Shown here in pieces: positions 28,931 to 37,384 of a DNA stretch of 64,000 bases. The DNA lies in NCBI GenBank assembly GCA_965228855.1, contig CBDDIJ010000003.1:640001-704000 (forward strand). The letters run 5' to 3'. The translations under genes and the position numbers were made by a program. Source of the DNA: Candidatus Obscuribacterales bacterium (GTDB lineage Bacteria; Cyanobacteriota; Vampirovibrionia; Obscuribacterales; Obscuribacteraceae). Below the pieces are notes generated by a model that was not told the origin of the DNA, searched no databases, and saw only the letters and a program-made list of their open reading frames with translations. Position 1 is the stretch's first letter; each line of letters starts with the position of its first letter.

Positions 28931-29740
28931 CTAGCTCTTTGCCGTGAGGTTCTTCTTTACTCTCTCAAACAGTTCGTCTGGTGCTCCGAAAGCGAACAAG
29001 CGGGACATAACTTCTTGCATGTCGAAGCCCTTCTCTTCCAAAATTGTAGCCATCGCCTCCATCTGCGGTTGCTCGCAAGGTCCCCAACACCCGTAGCATG
29101 CTGCACCATATGTGGGGCAAAGTGCACCACAACCGCCAGCGGTGACCGGACCGAGACAAGGGAGATTTTGCTCTATAAGAACGCATGCGTTTTCCCTGAG
29201 TTTGCATTCGAGGCAGACTGGTTTGCTGGTGATGTACGGTAGATGGTCTCTCAGCAAGCTAGCAGTCACAGCAAGGAGCTGAGTGGCATTGATCGGACAC
29301 CCCGACAGTTTTACATCAACTCTAACATGGTCCTGTAGTGGCGTTGCGGGGAGGCATTCAATCGGTGAATCTTCGCCATAGGTTTCGTGTAGGAGTGAAA
29401 CTGTACTCTGGTTCCGGCATCCTCCTTTTTGAACACACCCCCAAACTGCGCAGTTTCCAACTGCGACAAGCCAGCGCGCTTGCGCTCTGATTTTTAGAAG
29501 GCGCTCCAGATCGTGTGGTTGACTAACGCTTCCTTCTACAAAAGCGATATCCACGGGGCGATCGTCGTCGTTTGCACTTTGCGCAAATGGGAAACTGGCA
29601 ACGCGAACGTACGGAATTAGCTGCTCCAGGTTCTCCAGAATGACGAGCAATTCGCCTGCGCAACCGGTTAAACCGTGAACGGCGATTGATGGAATGGTCT
29701 GGGATCTTTCCTGCCCTTTGCTCATGTTTGAATTTAGCAT
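28931..29740 (-). CDS. hydD: Group 3b [NiFe]-hydrogenase small (delta) subunit
   Basis: FVEGSV, VGNCA, GCP, VCLECK, CLGPVTAGGCGALCP and CYGCWG motifs. Confidence 0.92.
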   Translation of the reverse strand: MLNSNMSKGQERSQTIPSIAVHGLTGCAGELLVILENLEQLIPYVRVASFPFAQSANDDDRPVDIAFVEGSVSQPHDLERLLKIRAQARWLVAVGNCAVWGCVQKGGCRNQSTVSLLHETYGEDSPIECLPATPLQDHVRVDVKLSGCPINATQLLAVTASLLRDHLPYITSKPVCLECKLRENACVLIEQNLPCLGPVTAGGCGALCPTYGAACYGCWGPCEQPQMEAMATILEEKGFDMQEVMSRLFAFGAPDELFERVKKNLTAKS

Positions 29741-30585
29741 TCAATAACTTCCGGTAAGAAACGAAGAGTGTCCATGCGAAACACTGGACCGTCTCGACAA
29801 GTAAACGTGCCGCCTACGAAGCAATGTCCGCATTTGCCAACTGCACACTTCATGTGCCGCTCGATAGAAAGCCAGATTTGCGAAGGGGAGAGACCTTTTT
29901 GTTTAAGTTCCTCGACAACAAACTTGTACATCACCGGCGGGCCACAGATTGCCGCAACAAAACCAGGGTCGATTTCAGCTTGTTTGATCATGTCTGTGAC
30001 GCGTCCGAGCTGCCATGAAACAGTTGGGAGGTCGGGACCGATTACCTCTTCAGCTGCGATATAAACTCTCATGTCCGAACGGCGCAGCAGAAGCTTAAGC
30101 TCCTGTCGGAAAAGCAATTGCTGAGAATGGCGCATTCCATATATCAATACAATCTTTCCAAAATCTTCTCTGCGGTCGAGAAGGTATTGCCAGAGTGAGC
30201 GAATTGGTGCAATTCCTAAACCGCCTGCAATTAGCACTATATCTTTGCCGAGGTAGTCATCGATCGGAAAGCCGATTCCGTAGGGTCCCCTCAACCCGAC
30301 CCAGTCGCCCTCCGTTAAATTGAAAAGAGCGCCTGTAACCCTGCCGGCCTTGCGAACGCAAAGTTCGAGGGTTCCGTCTGTTCTACCTGAACAAACCGAA
30401 ATCGGTGATTCACCTACACCCGGAAGCCATAGCTGGACAAACTGTCCCGGCATACATGAGGAAAACTCCCCAGGTTTGTCAAGTAAGAACTCGAACAGAT
30501 AGTTGTCCTGAGACATAGGCGTGATCGAGCGTAATTTCGCTTGAGTAGGAAGAAACGGAGATTGGCACGGAGTATGGTTATGCAT
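29734..30585 (-). CDS. hydG: Group 3b hydrogenase gamma subunit (FAD/NAD(P)-binding, 2Fe-2S)
   Basis: PGQF, GPYG, AGGLGIAP, CGPP and MKCAVGKCGHC...C; start set at the ATG overlapping the beta-subunit stop (ATGCATAA). Confidence 0.92.
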   Translation of the reverse strand: MHNHTPCQSPFLPTQAKLRSITPMSQDNYLFEFLLDKPGEFSSCMPGQFVQLWLPGVGESPISVCSGRTDGTLELCVRKAGRVTGALFNLTEGDWVGLRGPYGIGFPIDDYLGKDIVLIAGGLGIAPIRSLWQYLLDRREDFGKIVLIYGMRHSQQLLFRQELKLLLRRSDMRVYIAAEEVIGPDLPTVSWQLGRVTDMIKQAEIDPGFVAAICGPPVMYKFVVEELKQKGLSPSQIWLSIERHMKCAVGKCGHCFVGGTFTCRDGPVFRMDTLRFLPEVIEC

Positions 30586-31723
30586 GTTTATCACCATCTG
30601 CGGTATCGCACTGGCAGTCACCGCAGCTAGTACCGCAGCTAGTACCGCAGCTAGTACCGCAGCCTCCGGTTTGAGTCTTCTTCTTATCAGTTACCAATAT
30701 TGACGGTTTTCCTTGTAAGCGCAAGACTACATTCACAATATCGTCGATTCCTGCAGGACAAGATTCCGTGCACCTTCCGCATCCGACGCAGGTCGGCAGT
30801 CCATGCGGGTCCTCGAATCCATGCAGCTTGTGTCGATACCAGAATTTCAATCTGTCGACCGGTCCCGGCCGAAAGTTGGTATCACCGGCTACTTTAGCAA
30901 AACCGACAAACTGACAGCTGTCCCATTCTCGAACACGTTCGCCTCTATTTGCGTGAAGGCTCGCGACATCAACCATGTCGAAGCAATAGCAAGTTGGACA
31001 AACGGGAGTGCAATTACCACAACTCAAGCAGCGATTTCCTAAGTCATCCCATACCTGACTGTTCCACTCCATATCCATGATTGCCGGCAAATTTTCGGAT
31101 TCGAAGTGCGAACTAAAGGCTTTATCGCGCGTTGTCCAAAAGTCTTTGAAAGTTTGATCTTCTTGCGCTTCGGGGCGGGAGAAAAAGTCCGGCATAGATT
31201 CAATCAGGTTTAAACCATTCGCTGAATGTATTTGAACGAAATATTTGTCACCAATATCGGTTAAGAAAAGATCGTAGTCCGACGTCGGAGAATCGGTGCC
31301 CATGGATTTGCAGAAGCAGTGTTTGTCGGGCATACAAGAAAGACCTACCAACATGGTCGCCTGGCGTCTGGCGATGTAATGCGGGTCTGGCGGTGATGCG
31401 GTGTAGACTTTGTCCATTATCCCCAGACCTGCCAGATCGCAAGGATGAACTCCGAAGATGACTTGCTGTTGTGTCTCCGGTTTTACCTCGTGTATGCCAT
31501 TCTCATCATATGAGAGAATCGGCTCATGCTGCTGGAAGAAGAACTTCTTCGGTGGCAGAATTGTTCTCAGTGCTTCGAAAGCAATCTGAGAGGGTGATTC
31601 GATCGATTTAAACGAGAACGACTTTTCTGATACACGAACGGGCGCAAAAACCTTTCCAAAGCTTTTTAACAAACAAAAGAACTGTTCAAATTGCTCTTTT
31701 TTGAAAGTAGCGGTCCGTTCCAT
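30578..31723 (-). CDS. hydB: Group 3b hydrogenase beta subunit (4Fe-4S dicluster)
   Basis: PPKKF, HPCD, CFC, CLSCGNCTPVCPTCYC and CVGCGRCTESCP motifs. Confidence 0.92.
   Translation of the reverse strand: MERTATFKKEQFEQFFCLLKSFGKVFAPVRVSEKSFSFKSIESPSQIAFEALRTILPPKKFFFQQHEPILSYDENGIHEVKPETQQQVIFGVHPCDLAGLGIMDKVYTASPPDPHYIARRQATMLVGLSCMPDKHCFCKSMGTDSPTSDYDLFLTDIGDKYFVQIHSANGLNLIESMPDFFSRPEAQEDQTFKDFWTTRDKAFSSHFESENLPAIMDMEWNSQVWDDLGNRCLSCGNCTPVCPTCYCFDMVDVASLHANRGERVREWDSCQFVGFAKVAGDTNFRPGPVDRLKFWYRHKLHGFEDPHGLPTCVGCGRCTESCPAGIDDIVNVVLRLQGKPSILVTDKKKTQTGGCGTSCGTSCGTSCGDCQCDTADGDKHA
30620..30663. repeat. 12-bp tandem repeat (ACCGCAGCTAGT x ~3.7)
   Basis: Directly visible; encodes (CGTS)3 in the beta-subunit tail. 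Confidence 0.95.
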
Positions 31724-31730
31724 CTTAACC

Positions 31731-32432
31731 TCAGTGGCTGTGAGAATGTGCCGTTGCTTCTGCTGCCTTTAAACTCATGGCGCATTTGTCGTTAAGCCAC
31801 GAGCAAAATCCTTCGATACCTTCACCAGATTTCGCACTTACTTTGAATAGTTCAGCTTTGCTGTTTAAACTTGAAATTGCTTTATGTAGGCGATCGAAAT
31901 CAAAATCCACCAGTTCCGCTAAATCCATTTTTGTTATCACAACCGCGTCGCAGTTGCGAAAAATGACCGGATATTTCAGTGGTTTGTCATCGCCCTCGGT
32001 AACGGATAGCAATACTATCCGGAGATGTTCGCCTAGTGGAAATTCCGCTGGGCAGACGAGGTTGCCGACGTTCTCTATAATGATGAGATCTCCAGCCGGT
32101 GATTTGTTCGAGTCTATTAGTCTGCTAATCATCTTTGCGTCAAGATGGCAGCTCCGACCAGTGCTGATCTGCACTGCGTTTATGCCTGCATCTCGAAGTC
32201 TCTGCGCGTCGATGTCCCCGACCATATCACCTTCAATGACACCGATTGATCTTTCCGATCTCAGTTCGTTCGCGAGTTTTGATATAAGAGTAGTTTTGCC
32301 AGCTCCCGGTGCGCTCATAAAATTAACAGCAAAGGCGCCTGCGTGTTCAAAGCTGTGCCGGTTGGCATGAGCGAGCTGATCGTTGTCTTCCAGAATGCGC
32401 TTTAGAAGATGTTCGTCTGTACTGTCGTGCAT
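31731..32432 (-). CDS. hypB: Hydrogenase nickel-incorporation GTPase HypB
   Basis: PGAGKTT, IEGD, CHLDA, ENVGNLVCPA and EGDDKPLKYP; start placed after a GGAGGAG RBS. Confidence 0.96.
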   Translation of the reverse strand: MHDSTDEHLLKRILEDNDQLAHANRHSFEHAGAFAVNFMSAPGAGKTTLISKLANELRSERSIGVIEGDMVGDIDAQRLRDAGINAVQISTGRSCHLDAKMISRLIDSNKSPAGDLIIIENVGNLVCPAEFPLGEHLRIVLLSVTEGDDKPLKYPVIFRNCDAVVITKMDLAELVDFDFDRLHKAISSLNSKAELFKVSAKSGEGIEGFCSWLNDKCAMSLKAAEATAHSHSH

Positions 32433-32460
32433 AGAATGCTCCTCCTGCCGACCCATTGAT

Positions 32461-32504
32461 AGAGTACCCGAAATTCCGCAAGTTCTAATCATCCGGTTGG
32501 GCTA
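32461..32504 (-). promoter_or_regulatory. Hydrogenase operon promoter (box plus -10)
   Basis: TCATCC-GGTT-GGGCTA at 32489; TACTCT on the minus strand 22 nt downstream. Confidence 0.65.
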
Positions 32505-32679
32505 TTTAGAAGCGCGCAAAAGGTGACTTCGCTAACTCATCCCTCGGTTTCAGTTTTCACAGGACAGTAGTTTCTTCACAGGACAATAATTTCAAATCCT
32601 TAGCGGAACGGTGGCCGCTTGTGAAATTCTGACGTTAGTAAAAACGAGAGAGGCTAGTGGTACTAAGTGCGGTACCAAC

Positions 32680-32783
32680 AAAAAATAGACGCCGGTTTAA
32701 CCGGCGTCTTCAGGCTCTGAGTTTCCTCTGGTGCCTGCTGCCCTTGGAATTCCGCTGTGGCTTCTTTCCTTGGGTTTCTCTTT
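32680..32783 (-). ncRNA. Putative ~100-nt small RNA
   Basis: Box pair, -10 (CATTAT) and terminator hairpin with T-tract inside a divergent intergenic region; no ATG in the predicted transcript. Confidence 0.5.
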
Positions 32784-32817
32784 GCTTATATAATGACAGT
32801 TTTAATCCCGCTCGCAA

Positions 32818-32856
32818 TCATGCCTGATGATGATTCTTGCTCCTCCGTTGGGATGA
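32818..32856. promoter_or_regulatory. Tandem boxes
   Basis: TCATGC-CTGA-TGATGA (32818) and TCCTCC-GTTG-GGATGA (32841), 23 bp apart. Confidence 0.75.
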
Positions 32857-32919
32857 ATTCGAAGCAAATGTTTTAAATTTCGGGACGCCGCGTCTTGCTC
32901 TGCAATTCAGCTCAGCACT

Positions 32920-32935
32920 TCATCCGTGCGGCTGA
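32920..32935 (+). promoter_or_regulatory. Box upstream of a USP pair
   Basis: TCATCC-GTGC-GGCTGA (1 mismatch). Confidence 0.75.
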
Positions 32936-32999
32936 TGCAGGAAACACCTCTTAGGTGAGAGACTGAACACAGTTTAACTCGCTCGCAGGTGCTTCAGCC

Positions 33000-33575
33000 A
33001 TGAAAGAAAAGTCGAAGAAAAGAGGTCACGCTTATAAGGTCCTGGTGGCTGCCCACGACCAGCTGTTCGGGCGTGCATTACTTCAGTTTATCGAAAGCCA
33101 TCAATGGCCGGCTAACACCCAGTTCCATGTCCTTCATGTGATCGAAGATAATCCATTGAAGAAACCGCTTCTTCTGCCGCAGGATGTTTTGGATGACCTC
33201 ACGGAAGAAGAAGAGTTAGCGGGTATGGATGTTTTAAACTTCATGGCTCGTCAAATATATTCTTCTCTAACCAACGTTCGTGTGGCAAGACACTTAGTCA
33301 GAGGTGATGCGGCTCATGAAATTTTGAAGCTTGCCAAAGGCTTGCCAGCCAATATGATCTGCTTAGGCTCCCATGGACGGGCTGGATTCGAGCGCCTTAT
33401 GCTTGGAAGTGTTGCCACCGCAGTGGTCGCACACGCTCCTTGTTCAACCGTGGTATTGCGATTGTCTGAAGCGCAGAAAACGGAATTCGCTCAGTTCGAG
33501 TTCAATGAAGCGGATATACCCGAGCGCATGAGGGATGAACTTGAGATTCAAATCGAGCATTCGGCTAGTAAGTAG
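33000..33575 (+). CDS. Universal stress protein
   Basis: LGSHGRAGFERLMLGSVA...HAPCS. Confidence 0.93.
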   Translation: MKEKSKKRGHAYKVLVAAHDQLFGRALLQFIESHQWPANTQFHVLHVIEDNPLKKPLLLPQDVLDDLTEEEELAGMDVLNFMARQIYSSLTNVRVARHLVRGDAAHEILKLAKGLPANMICLGSHGRAGFERLMLGSVATAVVAHAPCSTVVLRLSEAQKTEFAQFEFNEADIPERMRDELEIQIEHSASK

Positions 33576-33602
33576 ATTTAGATACGATTAGGAGAGAAAA
33601 AG

Positions 33603-34082
33603 ATGAAGGTTATTGTAGCTCTTGATGATTCGCCTCATTCTCGGGATGTTATTACTGCTGTAACCAGGCGCGCCTGGCCTGAGTTTACCCAGTTCAGAAT
33701 ATTAACGGTCGTCGAGCCTATTCAAAATTTTGACGACCTTGATGTTACCGGATCTGACTTCAAAGCGCAGCGAGAAAAGGCTGCCGACAAATTTTGCGGT
33801 TTGATTCGAGAGCAGCTTGAGTCCTCTGTTCCGGGAGCGATTGTGCACTATGAAGTGAAACACGGCACTCCGGCAGGTGAAATAATAAACGCCGCCGTGG
33901 AGTGGCCGGCTGAACTGATTATTCTTGGTGCTCACGGGCAGAGAGGATGTCCTACGAACTTAATGGGAAGCGTTTCTCGTGCCGTCGCTCACCATGCTCC
34001 ATGTTCAGTCGAAATCGTGCGCTCTAAAACATCTGCAAAAAGCAAGTCAAAGGAAAAAGCTGGTGCCAGTGTTGATTGCTAA
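33603..34082 (+). CDS. Universal stress protein
   Basis: MKVIVALDDS...LGAHG...MGSVS...HAPCSVEIV. Confidence 0.93.
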   Translation: MKVIVALDDSPHSRDVITAVTRRAWPEFTQFRILTVVEPIQNFDDLDVTGSDFKAQREKAADKFCGLIREQLESSVPGAIVHYEVKHGTPAGEIINAAVEWPAELIILGAHGQRGCPTNLMGSVSRAVAHHAPCSVEIVRSKTSAKSKSKEKAGASVDC

Positions 34083-34124
34083 ACCCGGGAGCTAGTCTCA
34101 TTACAAAAGTGCCATGCATTTGAT

Positions 34125-34160
34125 CGCGTCACCGACTGTTGCCGGTGACGCGTATTTTTC
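34125..34160 (+). terminator. Intrinsic terminator
   Basis: CGCGTCACCG/CGGTGACGCG stem followed by TATTTTTT. Confidence 0.8.
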
Positions 34161-34170
34161 TCAAACCCCC

Positions 34171-35586
34171 TTATCTATTGGCGAAGGCTTTCTCGTCCAG
34201 AACTAACGAATCGGCCATTCTCGGAACTTCCGGGTGTAGCGCAAATTTCTCTCGAATTTTTTCAGATAGGAGGTTCAGAGCATGGCTCTCTCCATGATTC
34301 AAAATCACGAGAGGTTTCGAATCAGCCATCGGCGCGAGCCATCGCAACAAGTCGGATTGACCGGCGTGCGCGCTGAAGCCACCCAACGATGCGATTCTAG
34401 CGCCGACCGAGATTGTATCTCCCATAATTTTGACCTTTTTCGCTCCTTCGACGAGTAGTCTTCCTAAAGAGCCTTTGGCCTGATATCCAACTATGATTAC
34501 GTAGCAGTTTTGCTTCCAGAGATTATGTTTCAAGTGGTGAACAATTCGACCTGCGTTGCACATTCCAGCGCCGGCAATTATTATGCACGGCCCATCGACT
34601 GCGTTCAACGCTTGCGATTGCTCTGCCGTTTCGCAGAGCTGCAAAGTTGATAGGTCCTTTCGCAGTTGCCCGGAACTCAGGAGCTCAGATATTTCAGGGT
34701 CCATTAGTTCCGCAAAGTCCAGATAGATCTTGGTAGCGGCGATAGCCATAGGACTATCCAGGTAGATAGGGATTGGCGCCACAATGTCGTTGCGAAACAT
34801 CTCTGCAAGGTGATAGAGAATGCTCTGGGTTCTGCCGACCGCGAAGGAGGGTATCAAGATCTTGCTTCGCGTTCGAATCGCTTCCTTAATGATCGCTTCA
34901 AATTCTGATACCGTATCCGATACTGTGCGATGGTCTCTATCTCCGTATGTTGATTCCATGATAACGGCATCAGCATTATTGATTAGGGCTGGATCGCGCA
35001 TCAAGGGAACGTCGAATTGTCCCAAATCGCCGGAGAAAACCAATTTCTTTTGCGTTCCATTAACATTTGCAGTAACAGTGATGGAGGCGGAACCAAGGAT
35101 GTGACCGGCCTCGTAGTAACGCACATTCAATTCGTCGTTAATCGAAAAATCTGCCCCAAGCTCGACTGGGTGGAAATGAGAAAAGACCTGCTCGACATCG
35201 TGCATATTGAAAAGTGGTTTTAAGCCTCTGAGACCGGCTCTTGCTCGTTTTCGATTGAGTCTTCCTACCTCATTCTCCTGGATGTTAGCGGCATCGGCTA
35301 GAATTATTTTTGCTATCTCGATTGTGCCTTTGGTTGCGTAAATCGGACCGCGGAAACCGGTCCTCATTAAAAGCGGTAGTCTGCCGCAATGATCCAGGTG
35401 CCCGTGAGTGAGGAGCACCGCATCCAGTGTCTTTGCTCCAAGGTGAGGGGGGATATTGTTTTTCCGATCGAGATGATCGCGACCCTGGAACATTCCGCAA
35501 TCCACTAGTATTCTACTTCGACCATGCTCGAGCAGGTTACAGGAGCCCGTCACTTCATTTGCAGCACCATACAGTGTTAGCTTCAT
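34171..35586 (-). CDS. Metallo-beta-lactamase/beta-CASP RNA-processing nuclease
   Basis: VTGSC, THGHLDHCG, AGHILGS, ESTYG and FSAHA motifs. Confidence 0.93.
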   Translation of the reverse strand: MKLTLYGAANEVTGSCNLLEHGRSRILVDCGMFQGRDHLDRKNNIPPHLGAKTLDAVLLTHGHLDHCGRLPLLMRTGFRGPIYATKGTIEIAKIILADAANIQENEVGRLNRKRARAGLRGLKPLFNMHDVEQVFSHFHPVELGADFSINDELNVRYYEAGHILGSASITVTANVNGTQKKLVFSGDLGQFDVPLMRDPALINNADAVIMESTYGDRDHRTVSDTVSEFEAIIKEAIRTRSKILIPSFAVGRTQSILYHLAEMFRNDIVAPIPIYLDSPMAIAATKIYLDFAELMDPEISELLSSGQLRKDLSTLQLCETAEQSQALNAVDGPCIIIAGAGMCNAGRIVHHLKHNLWKQNCYVIIVGYQAKGSLGRLLVEGAKKVKIMGDTISVGARIASLGGFSAHAGQSDLLRWLAPMADSKPLVILNHGESHALNLLSEKIREKFALHPEVPRMADSLVLDEKAFANR

Positions 35587-35732
35587 CTAGACCTCGGCAT
35601 CATATACGGTACTAACCTTGTTAAAGATTTGAGGCATAACGCTCTCGAACATAGTTTCGCCTATTGTCAGTTTACCCCATTCGACCGGTGAAAACATCAA
35701 TCCATCGAGCTATCAAACAGTGGTCGGTTTCT

Positions 35733-35776
35733 TCATACAAATGGATGAGGCGCTGATGCGTTAAATCACTCACAAT
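35733..35776 (+). promoter_or_regulatory. Box plus -10 element
   Basis: TCATAC-AAAT-GGATGA, 22-nt spacer, CACAAT. Confidence 0.75.
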
Positions 35777-35837
35777 ATATCCAGACGTCTGCCGAAACAT
35801 TGAGTGCGTTTTTCGGCTCGCTGGAGCGTTCATAAGA

Positions 35838-36449
35838 ATGACCGAAAGTCCATTAATCAGTCGAAGCATTGACGTTGACTATTCTACGGTGGCGATTGCC
35901 CGAGATGGTCGACGAATTATTATTAGAGCAATCCGTCCAGACGATAAAGTTATTTTTGAAGATGAACTCCGGCATCTCAGTCCGGAATCAAGGTATTTTA
36001 GATTCTTTACACCGAAAACCGAGCTAACTGCAAAGGAATTGAAGTATTTTTCGGAGCTGGATTTTGTCAATCATGTTGGACTGATTGCACTGATCCAGGA
36101 CAATGACACTTTTGTTGCGGCTGGAACAGGACGATACATTGTTTGCCCAGCTAATGGAAATGGACCGAGCGCAGAAGTCGCCTTTGAGGTGAAAGAGGAA
36201 TTTCAAAATCTTGGCATTGCTACTATTTTACTTCGCGAACTGACTTGCATCGCGTCTAAATCCGGCATCAAACAGCTCGTGGCGTTTGTCCTCAACACGA
36301 ATTCTAAGATGCTCTCGGTCTTACGTAAGTTTCACTGGAAGTATCAAAGCCACGGCGGTTCCGCCGGTGTCATGACTCTCAGCAAAGAAGTTAGCGACAG
36401 TGAGTCGGGTGATATCCATACTCCCTCACAAAACCATTCCGAAGGATGA
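35838..36449 (+). CDS. GNAT acetyltransferase (resembles the GNAT domain of Pat-type protein acetyltransferases)
   Basis: DGRRIIIRAIRPDD...LSPESRYFRFF...AEVAF...QNLGIAT...N-x2-ML. Confidence 0.85.
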   Translation: MTESPLISRSIDVDYSTVAIARDGRRIIIRAIRPDDKVIFEDELRHLSPESRYFRFFTPKTELTAKELKYFSELDFVNHVGLIALIQDNDTFVAAGTGRYIVCPANGNGPSAEVAFEVKEEFQNLGIATILLRELTCIASKSGIKQLVAFVLNTNSKMLSVLRKFHWKYQSHGGSAGVMTLSKEVSDSESGDIHTPSQNHSEG

Positions 36450-36544
36450 GGCGAGCCAGTCTTGAAGCTTCCATACTAATAAAAACGCATCGAGTCGCTG
36501 ATTGGGGAGACCCAGTCTTAGTTTTCAAAAGAGGAAAAACTGAA

Positions 36545-37213
36545 ATGCAAGTCAATTCAAACTTGAAAAATCGAATGGACGCGGTATGGATTCCTGCCGG
36601 CGGTGTCACGCTCCGAGGTGATTTATGCGTTCCTCCGCATGCCAGCGGAATAGTTGTTTTTGCTCATGGCAGTGGCAGCAGCCGGCTGAGTCCGCGAAAC
36701 CAATATGTTGCCAGAGAGCTTGAAGAGGCGAATGTCGCTACACTGCTAATCGATTTAATGACGGAAGACGAGGAGCGTGACGATATTGATACCGGTCATC
36801 TGCGGTTCGATATTGCTATGCTTGGTGACAGATTGGTGGATGTCATCGATTGGTTGACTGTCAATGAGCGCACATCTGGTTTAAACATCGGACTTTTCGG
36901 CGCAAGTACTGGCGCTGCCGCTGCAATACATGCGGCGAATAGAAGAAGCAAGTGGGTCAGAGCTATTGTTTCTCGGGGCGGCAGACCAGACCTGGCGGGC
37001 CTGGAGTTGAGCGAGCTGACAACCCCAATTTTACTTGTGGTTGGCATGGACGACCGGGATGTTTTGAAGCTGAACAAAAAGGTTTTGAATGTGTTGACGT
37101 GTCCTAAACAAATGACATTGATTGAAAACGCGACGCACCTGTTTGAAGAGCCTGGCGCCTTGACTCAAGTCACAGAGGCTGCGAAAAGTTGGTTCTTGCA
37201 TCATCTTACTTAA
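36545..37213 (+). CDS. Dienelactone-hydrolase-like alpha/beta hydrolase
   Basis: FAHGSGSSRLSPRN, GASTGAA, SRGGRPDLA and ATHLFEE; start placed downstream of a box (36434) and -10 (CATACT). Confidence 0.88.
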   Translation: MQVNSNLKNRMDAVWIPAGGVTLRGDLCVPPHASGIVVFAHGSGSSRLSPRNQYVARELEEANVATLLIDLMTEDEERDDIDTGHLRFDIAMLGDRLVDVIDWLTVNERTSGLNIGLFGASTGAAAAIHAANRRSKWVRAIVSRGGRPDLAGLELSELTTPILLVVGMDDRDVLKLNKKVLNVLTCPKQMTLIENATHLFEEPGALTQVTEAAKSWFLHHLT

Positions 37214-37384
37214 GGTCACTGTTTGGAAGGAAACCTGGTGCCGTATACGGTGCCCGGCTACAAATTGACGAGCAGTTCGACAGATCGTACTGCTCGTTTT
37301 CGTTTCGTTTCCACTTCTAATTAAGCTGACGGGTGTTGTAGCCACCGACGTTTAAACAAGCCTCTCATTAAGTGCGGAGACCCA

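Noticed and set aside
30620..30663. Repeat as a CRISPR array or frameshifting phase-variation tract
   Set aside because: It has no spacers or cas genes, and the 12-bp unit preserves the frame.
32433..32492. Longer track starts for hypB (and for the ORFs at 36446, 44362 and 13689)
   Set aside because: The extensions overlap predicted promoter elements, and the downstream ATGs have better RBSs.
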